From positions 32,001-96,000 of the forward strand of contig JANRLX010000093.1 in the NCBI GenBank assembly GCA_033762115.1: a DNA stretch of 64,000 bases, written 5' to 3'. Under the pieces are notes generated by a model. That model saw only the letters and a program-made list of their open reading frames with translations, had not been told where the DNA came from and made no database searches. This DNA comes from Verrucomicrobiota bacterium. GTDB lineage: Bacteria > Verrucomicrobiota > Verrucomicrobiia > Limisphaerales > SXQI01. Numbering within the stretch: the stretch's first letter is position 1; each line of letters starts with the position of its first letter. Made by a program: the position numbers and the translations under genes. Shown here one piece after another: positions 30,170-39,902 of the stretch.

Positions 30170-31582
30170 TTAAATTTTCTTGAGGCGAGGCCCTTTCGGC
30201 GTGTCTTCAATGACCCAGCCTTTGGCCTTCAACTCATCGCGGATGGCATCGGACCGTTTAAAATCTTTGGCTTTTCGGGCAGTCTGCCGTTGCTCCAGCA
30301 AATCAATAAGTTCCTGAGGCACCTCTTCCGTTTCAGCCTTTTTGAGAATGGCAAAAACCGCATCAATCTGCTCCCATGTTGCCAGGGCATTCGCGGCGTC
30401 GTGTGGCAAAAACCTGCTCTCTGAGATCAGCCTGTTTGTGTCCCGTACCCACTCAAAAAGGGACCCCCAGGCCCCCGAAACGTTGAGATCATCATCCATC
30501 AATTCTGTGAATTGAGCCATGACCTGAGGATTGGGAGTGCCCTTTTCTCCACCTGCCAGTTCCCGGAGCTTGAGCAGTTGCTCATCAATCCGATTAAGAG
30601 CTGTGCGCGCTCCATGCAAGCCTTCCAGTGTAAAATTAAAGGACTCCCGGTAATGGGCGGCGAGCAAAAGAAAACGCACTTCACGGCCCTGAAAACCTTT
30701 GGCAACCAGGTCGCGAAGAGTGAAGAAATTGCCGAGTGACTTGGCCATCTTTTTTCCTTCAACCAGAAGGTGCGCGACATGAGCCCAATACTTCACGAAT
30801 TTTTCGCCCGGTTTCTGTAATCCAGCACCCTCGCTCTGTGCAATTTCATCTTCATGATGCGGAAAGGCGAGATCCTCACCACCCAGATGCAAATCAAAAC
30901 TGTTACCCAAAAGATCCATGCTCATGGCGCTGCACTCAATATGCCAGCCTGGCCGTCCTTCTCCCCAGGGACTTGCCCATGAAATTTCCCCATCTTCCGG
31001 GACACGGGCCTTCCACAAAGCAAAATCCGCCACGCTTTCCTTTGCATACTCATCCGAACTGACTCGCTCACCCACGCGCATCTCCTCAAAATTCAGGTTC
31101 ACCAGCTGCCCGTATTTGCAGCCGCAACCGATATACTTGCTGATGCTGAAGTAAACCGAGCCATCGCTGGCGCGGTAGGCAATGCCGCGTGCCATTAATT
31201 TTTCGATCAATGTGATGATCTGGGGAATGAAATCGGTGGCATGTGGGAGGTCATGCGGTCGCTTGCAATTCAGGAGATCGAAATCCTCCAGAAAAGCCTT
31301 TTCATATTCTCCCGTGAACTCTTTGAGCGGACGTCCGTTCTGGCGGACGGAGGCAATGATCTTGTCTTCCACATCAGTGATGTTCATGACGTGACGGACG
31401 TTGAACCCGCGGAATTCCAGGTAGCGCCGGAAGAGGTCACTGAAAACAAACGTCCGGAAATTGCCGATATGGGCAAAATTATGGACGGTGGGGCCGCAGC
31501 AGTACATGCTGACTTCATTCCCCTGCAACGGGCTGAACTCTTCCAAACGGCGCGTCAATGTGTTGAATATTGTGAAAGACAT
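30170..31582 (-). CDS. cysS: cysteine--tRNA ligase
   Basis: CGPTV, HIGN, DFALWK, GRPGWHIECSAM and KMAKS. Confidence 0.97.
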   Translation of the reverse strand: MSFTIFNTLTRRLEEFSPLQGNEVSMYCCGPTVHNFAHIGNFRTFVFSDLFRRYLEFRGFNVRHVMNITDVEDKIIASVRQNGRPLKEFTGEYEKAFLEDFDLLNCKRPHDLPHATDFIPQIITLIEKLMARGIAYRASDGSVYFSISKYIGCGCKYGQLVNLNFEEMRVGERVSSDEYAKESVADFALWKARVPEDGEISWASPWGEGRPGWHIECSAMSMDLLGNSFDLHLGGEDLAFPHHEDEIAQSEGAGLQKPGEKFVKYWAHVAHLLVEGKKMAKSLGNFFTLRDLVAKGFQGREVRFLLLAAHYRESFNFTLEGLHGARTALNRIDEQLLKLRELAGGEKGTPNPQVMAQFTELMDDDLNVSGAWGSLFEWVRDTNRLISESRFLPHDAANALATWEQIDAVFAILKKAETEEVPQELIDLLEQRQTARKAKDFKRSDAIRDELKAKGWVIEDTPKGPRLKKI

Positions 31583-31722
31583 TGCAAAGCAGAAGGGTAT
31601 CGGCCTTCCCCAAGAAAAGGCAACTGGGTTTGAAGCCTTGGATTCGATTAAGCTTTCCCAGGCAAAAAGAAAACCCCGTCAAGCGTGGTGCCTGGCGGGG
31701 ATAAAACGGTATGGGATTGGGA

Positions 31723-32982
31723 TTATCTTGGGGGCAAGGTTTTGTCCACCGGACTGCGATCCAAGATTGCGTAGCGCGGCAAGCCGCCATCCATCGGGAT
31801 TTTTGGCTCTCCTTCAATCAATGGTCGGGCGTATTCGACGAATTTTTCGTTCGGCATGAAGCCATCTTCGCTAAGCCAGTCTCGCGGGAGGAGATGAACT
31901 GCATTGGCGATGTCGTTCAGGTCCTGCACGTCTGTGCTGAACTTTGTCCCGGACCGCACCAATTTGATCATGAAACCACTCTTGCCTTCAATTGCGGCAC
32001 GAACGGCGGCTTCGCCACACATGACTGCATTATCGATGTCAGTTTTGCTTGAAAAATGGGCGGCGCAGCGTTGCGCATAGCCAAGTTTCACAGTCCGGGT
32101 TTTGGTATTGAGCTTTCCCTGGACCAATTCAGCCAGACGATCTGCCGCTCCTGAAAGAACCGGGTGACCGAAGGCATCCAAACGGCTCTTGTCCGCCCCG
32201 ATCTCTTCACCTTTTTCATTTTTCAGCCCTTCGCCGACCACCACGATGCAATATTTATTCTGCGCAACGGTTTCTTTGACCTTGCTGAGAAACGCTTCTT
32301 CATTCAGCGCGATCTCCGGGACCAGGATAATGTGAGGTGGATCGTTCGGGGCGCGTTTTGCAAGTACTGTCCCGGCAGCGATCCAACCGGCTGTCCGGCC
32401 CATGACTTCGATAATGCAGCAGGAACCATCGTCTGTGGCCATTCCGCCGACATCGAGGCCAATTTCCATGACAGTGGTCGCATTATATTTAATCACGGAA
32501 CCGAAGCCAGGGCAGTTGTCCGTATGAGGGAGGTCGTTATCGATGGTTTTTGGCACCCCGATGACGCGCATTTCATAATTGCGCTTGACCGCTTCCTGAT
32601 GGATTTGGTTGGAGGTGTCCTGAGAATCATTGCCTCCGGCGTAAAAAAAGTATCGGATATTATGAGCTTCAAACACCTGGAAAAGGCGGTCCATATCTTT
32701 GGCCGCTTGCTCAGGTTTCTTTTTGAAATCGATTTTATAGCGGCAGGTGCCGAGGGCAGGGCCGGGAGTATATTTGAGCGCTTCAATTGAACGAGCTTTT
32801 TCATCGTTCAAATCGATCATCTCCTCGTTCAGGATGCCGAGAATCCCGTTCAATCCGCCATAAATTTCCTCGATATTGCCGTGTTTTCCAGCTTCCTGGA
32901 TCACCCCTGCGACACTGGCGTTGATCACAGCGGTAGGACCGCCCGACTGGGCCACCAACAAATTTCCAACTAATTCAGCCAT
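31723..32982 (-). CDS. pfp: phosphofructokinase, probably PPi-dependent
   Basis: QSGGPTAVIN and MGR. GGNDS and PKTIDND carry the D/K signature of PPi-using enzymes. Confidence 0.82.
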   Translation of the reverse strand: MAELVGNLLVAQSGGPTAVINASVAGVIQEAGKHGNIEEIYGGLNGILGILNEEMIDLNDEKARSIEALKYTPGPALGTCRYKIDFKKKPEQAAKDMDRLFQVFEAHNIRYFFYAGGNDSQDTSNQIHQEAVKRNYEMRVIGVPKTIDNDLPHTDNCPGFGSVIKYNATTVMEIGLDVGGMATDDGSCCIIEVMGRTAGWIAAGTVLAKRAPNDPPHIILVPEIALNEEAFLSKVKETVAQNKYCIVVVGEGLKNEKGEEIGADKSRLDAFGHPVLSGAADRLAELVQGKLNTKTRTVKLGYAQRCAAHFSSKTDIDNAVMCGEAAVRAAIEGKSGFMIKLVRSGTKFSTDVQDLNDIANAVHLLPRDWLSEDGFMPNEKFVEYARPLIEGEPKIPMDGGLPRYAILDRSPVDKTLPPR

Positions 32983-33089
32983 ATCAATATGTATTCAGGG
33001 CAGGACAGAACAAGACCTGCCATGCTGCATGCAATGAGCGGCAACCTTGCCAATCGACTTCTCGCGTGTCAAAGCGGAATTCGCCTAAA

Positions 33090-33884
33090 CTATTTCTGGC
33101 ATTTTGGACACCAGGCAGTCGTTCTTCCCCCGATGGTATCCCTGACCAGAGGGGAACGGTGCTTCGGGCAATTCCCTTTTGTCTTCCATCGTTCATGGAA
33201 AAGCCAATCAGCAGGGAGACTGTCGAGTGCTTTGGGAACCCTTTTCAATGCCTCGGCACAAACAAACAGGGTGAATTGAAAGATTTTGGATTGTTCCGCT
33301 GGAGTCAACTGACCTCCTTTGCGGTTCGGGTTGATCTTCGCCTGCCAAAGGATTTCATCTGCCATCCAGTTGCCCACCCCTGGAAAACCTTCCTGCAAGA
33401 GCAGTATGGATTTGATCGATAGTTTGCCATGGCTTCCAACAAACTCCTTCATCGTTTTCAAGGTAAACCCAGAAGACCCAATCGCGGGTGCCAATCCGCT
33501 CCACCAGAGCGGCGCGTCACTGCCCTGATCAAAACGGACTCGGCCAAACTGCCGCGGATCATTAAAAACGAGGGCCTGACCTTTTTGGAATAGAACCAGA
33601 TGATCATGCTTCCCTGGGGTATAATCCCCCTTTTCTGAGGAAAGAGTCCCGGACATTCCAAGATGGATTCCCAACCATGAATCGTTGCCAAATTTGAAAA
33701 GCATTTGCTTTCCGCTTGCTTCTGAGCGGACAAGCTTTTTTCCAGGCAGCTGCTTCAGCATTCCCTCCGTATCGACGTCACGAAAAATCCGCTTTCCGGC
33801 GTTCAGGTGGACACGAAGAACAGCTTTGCCTGTTCCGATATCCCAGCATCTCCGATAATATTCAACTTCACCCAGTTCAGGCAT
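33090..33884 (-). CDS. Fpg/Nei family DNA glycosylase
   Basis: MPELGEVE N-terminus, [17 protein letters not shown] and C-terminal CPKH...CPKCQ finger. Confidence 0.92.
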   Translation of the reverse strand: MPELGEVEYYRRCWDIGTGKAVLRVHLNAGKRIFRDVDTEGMLKQLPGKKLVRSEASGKQMLFKFGNDSWLGIHLGMSGTLSSEKGDYTPGKHDHLVLFQKGQALVFNDPRQFGRVRFDQGSDAPLWWSGLAPAIGSSGFTLKTMKEFVGSHGKLSIKSILLLQEGFPGVGNWMADEILWQAKINPNRKGGQLTPAEQSKIFQFTLFVCAEALKRVPKALDSLPADWLFHERWKTKGNCPKHRSPLVRDTIGGRTTAWCPKCQK

Positions 33885-34018
33885 GGAGAACAAGCTACCT
33901 AAACAACAGCTGTTACGGAAGAATTCGTGAGAAAGGTTTTTTGAAATGGGAAGCAACTGCCGCGATGGTTGAAGGTTTGACAGAATATATTGTTACGGTG
34001 CATTCTCGATGGGTACCC

Positions 34019-34774
34019 ATGCGCAAGTTAAACGCCACAACGCGCAAAACCGATCCATCGCTTCGACGGTACGCATTTACGTTGATTGAGCTGCTGGTTG
34101 TGATTGCAATCATCGCGACACTCGCCTCTCTTCTATTACCTGCATTGGCAAAGGCCAAGACTCGGGCAAGAACCCTCAAATGCGCCAATAATCTGCGGCA
34201 GATCGGCCTGATGACTCACATCTATCTGGAAGAGCAGGAAAAAATCCCCACGTATATTTATTCTCCGGTGGGAAACAGATTTGTGGATATGGGGAAATCA
34301 CCAGAAGAGTGGTTTAAAACATGGTCTTCCAGTTCTCCGGGATATTTCTACACCGAGGGATCAATCTATCATTGTCCCGAACTCAAGCTGAAGTTTGTCA
34401 GGCGGCAATCCAATACCACCCGTTATTGGATTCGCAGTTATGACGTCAATCAATTTGGGTATGGCCAATTTGCCAACCCCCATAAACAGCTTGGAATGGC
34501 TTCGTTTCATCATGAGGGAGTAATTAACCGGTTTAAGTTGAGTTCTGTGGTCGCCCCCTCATCGTTTATTGCCATTGGAGATGGCTATGACCTTGGCCCT
34601 TCACAGGATCGGATCAATGGACGTCATTCACGAAAGGCGAATATGGCCACACTCGATGGACAGGTTGAACTGGTCGCCACGAATAAATTGACTGATGATT
34701 CCGAGCCGATGCGTCGTCGATGGAATTCCGATAACCAGCCGCATTTCGAAATTCGCCCCCCTTCGGGTTCATAA
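34019..34774 (+). CDS. prepilin-type N-terminal cleavage protein with H-X9-DG motif (DUF1559-like)
   Basis: [23 protein letters not shown] and [13 protein letters not shown]. Confidence 0.9.
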   Translation: MRKLNATTRKTDPSLRRYAFTLIELLVVIAIIATLASLLLPALAKAKTRARTLKCANNLRQIGLMTHIYLEEQEKIPTYIYSPVGNRFVDMGKSPEEWFKTWSSSSPGYFYTEGSIYHCPELKLKFVRRQSNTTRYWIRSYDVNQFGYGQFANPHKQLGMASFHHEGVINRFKLSSVVAPSSFIAIGDGYDLGPSQDRINGRHSRKANMATLDGQVELVATNKLTDDSEPMRRRWNSDNQPHFEIRPPSGS

Positions 34775-34808
34775 GCACTCAAAAAGTGCGGTAACTCGCA
34801 CCAAAGAA

Positions 34809-34838
34809 GAAGCCCTTCACTGGTCGGTGAAGGGCTTC
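34809..34838. terminator. hairpin between convergent genes
   Basis: Perfect 12-bp inverted repeat GAAGCCCTTCAC/GTGAAGGGCTTC. Confidence 0.75.
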
Positions 34839-34862
34839 ACGTGAATGCTGCTGCGAAAGGAA

Positions 34863-36929
34863 TTAGTCCATTCGAGCGCGATAAAATTTGTATGGGGAAT
34901 TAAGCGTGTTAACCGTCACCACAATATCTCCGTTGGGGGCGGTGGTAAACGGCACGTTCTCGGTCCAGTTCATCAGGTCAGTGCTTCCCTGCACTGTGAT
35001 GGTTCCATTACCAGTTTTCGCGAGGCGGAACTCGATGGTGTTCGGACCAGTCCGGGTAATGGTTGTCCAGTTGAGGGTGCGTGGCTCGCCTCCACTATCC
35101 AGGTTCGCCTCAAACTCTGTCGTAATAATCACACTCGCCTGACCGAAACCATCAGGAATGGCTCCGATATCCGAGTCATTGCTCACGAAAAATGAAATGG
35201 AACCAGTGAAGTGGCCATTGGTTTTAAACGTGCCTGCGGGAATCACAATAGAGGTGTCTGTGTTGGTCAGAGTGATGCCATTGCAGAAGTCAGGCGCAGT
35301 AAAGGTGGTCCCTGTGTCGTCGGTAATGGTCAGGGAAATGCTCTTGTTCGTCGTCGGATTTACCAAAGCTTCCCAACGAAGAGTGAAATCGTTGCTGACA
35401 TTCATGCCTGCCAGTTCCTGGAGGTTTAGCACACGAGGAACATTGGGAGTGCCATTGGCGGTAAAGGTTATTGTTGCGGTCTGGTTTCCTCCTGAACCGT
35501 TCACATTGAATACGTAATCTCCGGTTGGCACTGCCAGATCGAGCGCTGCCTGTGAAGGGTAGGAATGAAACGCCTGGAAGGCTCTGCCAAAGAAATTTGT
35601 CAGCGTCAGGTTTGTGCCTTGAGGGAAACTGACAGATACCTGGGAAGCGGTGCTGTTTGAAGAGGAGGTATAGCTTGCGAAAACCATCGCCCCATCATCA
35701 GTGTCGAAAACTGGCGCAGAATTGTTGGTCTGCAGGAAAGTCACGAATTTGCTGAGGAAATAAGTATTATAATTTCCATTGGTAAAGACTTGTCCGCCCC
35801 CTTCGCAAGGATTGTTGGTTGATCCTGTGCCACTGTTACCGGTTTGGAAAAATCCTGTAAAGTTCTCCAGTCTGTTACCTGCCAAATCTTTGAAATCGTT
35901 CGGTCCTTCCGGACTTGGATTCAAAATGTAGGCAATAAAGGCATTTGGCGGAAAACCGGGAGTATAGTTAATGGTCAATTGGGTTCCATTATTCCCCCAG
36001 CTGTAAATAAAACCGTTGTTATCCTTAGGAGTGTTATTGAAAAGCCATTGGATCGACTGGGTAGGGAGCATGGCTTCGCTGAAAGTCAGCACAATCGGAG
36101 AGTTGGTGGGTACGTTAAACGATTGATTGGCAGGATTCACTGAAACAACCTGCGGGGTTGATGTGGCGACAGTTAAGGGAACGGTGGTTTCAGCAAAATA
36201 TCCCGCTGTTCCTATTGCGCCGGGATATTCGGTGGTATCGCGCTCGCTGATTTTCAGATAAGCAATCTTCGCGCTAAAATTAACTCCGCTGGAGAGTGTT
36301 CCCGCCGGGATGAGAAAGGAGGTAGCGGTGCCGTTCAATCCTTCGCCTGCTGCATCAGAGCCATAGATGCTCTCTCCATTGGCATCAAAAATTTCAATAA
36401 AAACCTCATCATTGGCGGTCCCGCCGCTCAAGGCATTCCAAGTCAGGGTAAAATCCTCGGAAGGATTGATTGCCTGGGCTGCATTAAAGTTCGAGAGATG
36501 TGGGGCGGAAGGAATTGCCCCCTGCAAATTCAATTGAGCTGCTGTGAAAATATCATTTTCGGAAGTGATGCTAAAGGTATAATTCCCATCACCAAATGAA
36601 GCATCCAGAGTGTTTTCGGTTGCAAAGGTTTGCACATACCTGAACTCCCCTGAAAAGAAATCAGATTCCAGAACCAGCGTCGCCCCTGCCGGAGTTCTCA
36701 CGGTCACATCACCATCCTGAATTAAATCAAAATCACTGGGGGTGACGAATGCCTCAAAGTAAAAGGAGCTTTCGGTGGGGCTGGGTTGGGCGGTGCCTGT
36801 CTGCTCAAAAAACCTACCCTTTAAAACTTCATATACCTGAACATCTGCCGCCTCGACGGAACCTGTTGCAATGCATGTTGCGGCAGTGAAAAGTTGAAAG
36901 CACCGTTTTAAATCGTCATTGAATTTCAT
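34863..36929 (-). CDS. secreted beta-rich protein: duplicated domain, central Big_5 Ig-like domain and C-terminal domain
   Basis: Signal-like N-terminus, PQVVSVNP...LTFSEAM...DLAGN Ig domain, two homologous flanking domains, QGSTDLMNW...FYRAR end. Start uncertain. Confidence 0.8.
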   Translation of the reverse strand: MKFNDDLKRCFQLFTAATCIATGSVEAADVQVYEVLKGRFFEQTGTAQPSPTESSFYFEAFVTPSDFDLIQDGDVTVRTPAGATLVLESDFFSGEFRYVQTFATENTLDASFGDGNYTFSITSENDIFTAAQLNLQGAIPSAPHLSNFNAAQAINPSEDFTLTWNALSGGTANDEVFIEIFDANGESIYGSDAAGEGLNGTATSFLIPAGTLSSGVNFSAKIAYLKISERDTTEYPGAIGTAGYFAETTVPLTVATSTPQVVSVNPANQSFNVPTNSPIVLTFSEAMLPTQSIQWLFNNTPKDNNGFIYSWGNNGTQLTINYTPGFPPNAFIAYILNPSPEGPNDFKDLAGNRLENFTGFFQTGNSGTGSTNNPCEGGGQVFTNGNYNTYFLSKFVTFLQTNNSAPVFDTDDGAMVFASYTSSSNSTASQVSVSFPQGTNLTLTNFFGRAFQAFHSYPSQAALDLAVPTGDYVFNVNGSGGNQTATITFTANGTPNVPRVLNLQELAGMNVSNDFTLRWEALVNPTTNKSISLTITDDTGTTFTAPDFCNGITLTNTDTSIVIPAGTFKTNGHFTGSISFFVSNDSDIGAIPDGFGQASVIITTEFEANLDSGGEPRTLNWTTITRTGPNTIEFRLAKTGNGTITVQGSTDLMNWTENVPFTTAPNGDIVVTVNTLNSPYKFYRARMD

Positions 36930-37033
36930 ATCCAGAAAAGAGTAGCCCTCTTTCACAAATTTTTTTCCAAGAGCCGTGCAAATCTGCCAGAATGTGAACT
37001 GATTATCCAGCCGAATTCATTACCCATTTAGGA

Positions 37034-38242
37034 TTAAGGGTTTACCTGATCAGAAGGTGTTAAGGATTGAAGAATGGCCTGCAATTGCGAGCAAAGCAGA
37101 TTTAGCTGCTCAGGTGTGTGCCCGGCTGAAAGAGTCACCCTTAAGCGAGCTGTGCCACGGGCAACGGTGGGAAATCGAATTGCGGGGATGAAAATACCTG
37201 CTTCCCGAAGCTGATTTGCCACACGGGTTGCCACACGCTCATCCCCAATGTGAATCGGAATAATTGCGGATTCTGGCGGAAGCTGTGAAATGCTGGCGAA
37301 ATTGAGCGCAGCTTTAAAGGAATCAATATTCTGCCAAAGTTTTTTTCGGGATGCTTCGCCCTCCTCACTCTGGCAAAGATCAATCGCTGCTTTTGCGGCC
37401 GCTGCGGCTGCTGGCGAAGGGGCGGTCGTAAAAATAAAACTTCGGGCCTTATTGATGAGATAATTGATTAACGATTTGGAACCGCAGATATAGCCTCCTG
37501 CAGCACCAAGCGCCTTTCCCAGTGTGCCCATTTGAATTTCCACTGCATTCCCTAATCCAAGCTCCTGGACCAACCCTCTGCCTTGAGAGCCACGAACTCC
37601 GATCGCGTGGGCTTCATCCACCATCAACCATGCTTTATGCTTCTGTTTCAATTCGACAATCCTGGTTAGTGGAGCAGAGTCACCATCCATCGAAAAAATT
37701 GATTCCGTGACAATCAGGATATTTCCACTTCGTCCGGACGTGCGCGTTTTGGAAAGTTCCGTTTCCAAATCTTCCAATGAATTATGCTCAAAAGTTCGGA
37801 GTCGGGCGCGACTCAATCTGACTGCGTCCAGGACAGAGGCATGCACCAAACGATCCACCACGACAGTATCTTCAGGTCCGACCAAAGCGCTGATCGTCCC
37901 AAGGGCAGTGGCATAGCCGCTAGAAAATGTCAGGGCGGCTTCAGTGCGTTTGAAAATCGCCAGTGATTCTTCAAGCTGATGATGGGGAGCGAGCGAACCG
38001 GAAATCAGGCGCGAAGCGCCGGACCCTGTGCCATACTGTTTGATTGCGGCCAGGGCAGCTGATTTGACATGGGGATGGTTGGCCAAACCCAGGTAATCAT
38101 TAGAAGAAAAATTCAGAACGCATGACCCGTTGATGTTTAAAGAGGTTCCCTGGGGGGAGTCAATTTCCCGCAGGTTCCGGAGCAACGAAGCCGATTCCAG
38201 TTCCTGAAGTCGTTCCTGAAGCAGTTGATCCAAAGTTTTCAT
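37034..38242 (-). CDS. bioF: alpha-oxoamine synthase, 8-amino-7-oxononanoate synthase-like
   Basis: FSSNDYLGL, GSGASRL, FSMDGD, DEAH, GTLGKA and RLRVTL. Confidence 0.8.
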   Translation of the reverse strand: MKTLDQLLQERLQELESASLLRNLREIDSPQGTSLNINGSCVLNFSSNDYLGLANHPHVKSAALAAIKQYGTGSGASRLISGSLAPHHQLEESLAIFKRTEAALTFSSGYATALGTISALVGPEDTVVVDRLVHASVLDAVRLSRARLRTFEHNSLEDLETELSKTRTSGRSGNILIVTESIFSMDGDSAPLTRIVELKQKHKAWLMVDEAHAIGVRGSQGRGLVQELGLGNAVEIQMGTLGKALGAAGGYICGSKSLINYLINKARSFIFTTAPSPAAAAAAKAAIDLCQSEEGEASRKKLWQNIDSFKAALNFASISQLPPESAIIPIHIGDERVATRVANQLREAGIFIPAIRFPTVARGTARLRVTLSAGHTPEQLNLLCSQLQAILQSLTPSDQVNP

Positions 38243-38931
38243 GGAAGCACCCGGCTATCGAGAGAAAAAAGTTGGCCGGAGATGTTTTCGGTTGTCGCGA
38301 GAAATGCGCCAAAACGCGCCACCTCCTCAAGCGAATTGCTGCGACCCAAAAGGTTCATCTGTATGAGCCGCGTTCTTTGAGCATCTGACAAAGAGGCGGT
38401 CATTTTTGTAAGAAGAAAACCGGGACAGAGGGTATTGACGCGAATATTTCTGCCTGCAAGTTCTGAGGCGAGCGAAAGCGTCAGTCCATGCAGGGCGGCT
38501 TTGGATGCTGCATAGCTGCTTTGCCCTGCCGGGCCTTGGAAACCGGCGTAACTGCCGATATTCAGGATGTGTCCACCGTTTGAGAACAACGGAAGGGCAG
38601 CCTGGGCGCAGAGATAGGCTCCTTTGAGATTTACGGTCATGGTCCTGTCCCACTCATCAACAGGTAAACCCGCAACGAGATGGTCCGTTGCGATTCCGGC
38701 ATTATTGATCAAAGCATCCAACCTGCTGATTTTGGAGGAAATATCGGAAAATAAATTGCGCGGGGAATCCTGTTGTTCCAGGTCCAAGTAAAACCAGGTT
38801 ACCTTTTCCAGTCCTTTTGAATCAAAAGCTGTACGATAGGTGCCAAACACCTGCCATTGTTCGGCCGCAAATCTTTTTGCCAGAGCCAGGCCCAGGCCTG
38901 AACTGGCTCCTGTGATCAGGACGGTTTTCAA
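38239..38931 (-). CDS. SDR family oxidoreductase (FabG-like)
   Basis: TGASSGLG, NNAG and YAASK. TTG start overlaps the upstream TGA. Confidence 0.88.
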   Translation of the reverse strand: MKTVLITGASSGLGLALAKRFAAEQWQVFGTYRTAFDSKGLEKVTWFYLDLEQQDSPRNLFSDISSKISRLDALINNAGIATDHLVAGLPVDEWDRTMTVNLKGAYLCAQAALPLFSNGGHILNIGSYAGFQGPAGQSSYAASKAALHGLTLSLASELAGRNIRVNTLCPGFLLTKMTASLSDAQRTRLIQMNLLGRSNSLEEVARFGAFLATTENISGQLFSLDSRVLP

Positions 38932-39833
38932 GCAATTGCCTGTTCCCTTTTTTTGCCCGCCGGGGCTGGTTTCCAGCGTCGATGAACCCAGAACCAATTT
39001 GCAGGATCCCGTCGTATACCCTTTTCGAATGCCAGGTTTATATCCTGCGTTATCTGCTCGACAGAACGAACACCATTTTCATCTTTCAAGGGAATGGGCG
39101 GGCCTATTTCGACCCGCCATCTGGCAAGACTCGTTCGATAGCATATGGCGGTGAAGAGTGGAGCGTTATAGCGAAGGGCCAGGACCGCAGGGGCTGAAGT
39201 GGTGGAACAATCCACACCAAAGAAAGGCCCCCGGATGCCGCCGTTTCCCGCATGCTGGTCAGATAACAAGCCAAGGAGCACTCCGCCAGAGGCCAGCTCC
39301 CTTTTCAATTCATTCGCCTGAGTGCGCCGTTCAAAAAAAAGACACCCGCTCTGCTCCCGCAACCATCGGAGCAGCCGATCTGCAAAGGGTGGTTTCAATC
39401 CCCGATAGGTGGTCGCTGCACGGAAATTACCCGCGACGGTTGCTGCCCTGGCGTAAACTTCAAAATTTGCGAAATGTCCAATGGCGATGATCGCGTTAGA
39501 AGCGTCGGGATTTCTTTTTTGAAGCTGTTCAACCCCCAGCACTTCCAGGCGTGAAAATAATTTTTTTTCCGGCATGGAGGTCGTCTTGATCGCGCAGGCG
39601 TAGGCTTCTCCGATCCGGGAGAGATTCTCTCGGGCGATGGCATGAATCTCTTCGGTTGAATGGGTCGTGCCAAACACGCGTGTGAGATTATCAATCGCAA
39701 TTTGCCTGTGTTTTCGAAATAAAAGAAAGGTGAGATGGCCGCCCAGCCTGCCTATTCTTGCGACCCAGGTCAGCGGTAGCAACTGGAAGCCTTGCAGAAA
39801 AAATTTTCCGAGTTGAAATAGCAGGTTCTGCAT
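38928..39833 (-). CDS. LpxL/HtrB-type acyltransferase
   Basis: GHFANFE, LSDQH, PFFG and WFWVHRRWK. Confidence 0.88.
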   Translation of the reverse strand: MQNLLFQLGKFFLQGFQLLPLTWVARIGRLGGHLTFLLFRKHRQIAIDNLTRVFGTTHSTEEIHAIARENLSRIGEAYACAIKTTSMPEKKLFSRLEVLGVEQLQKRNPDASNAIIAIGHFANFEVYARAATVAGNFRAATTYRGLKPPFADRLLRWLREQSGCLFFERRTQANELKRELASGGVLLGLLSDQHAGNGGIRGPFFGVDCSTTSAPAVLALRYNAPLFTAICYRTSLARWRVEIGPPIPLKDENGVRSVEQITQDINLAFEKGIRRDPANWFWVHRRWKPAPAGKKREQAIA

Positions 39834-39902
39834 TTAGCTGCGAGACGCTCCACCCATATTGTGGCTTAATAGTAAAATGTTTTCTTTCCGCACCGCTTTG
39901 GC

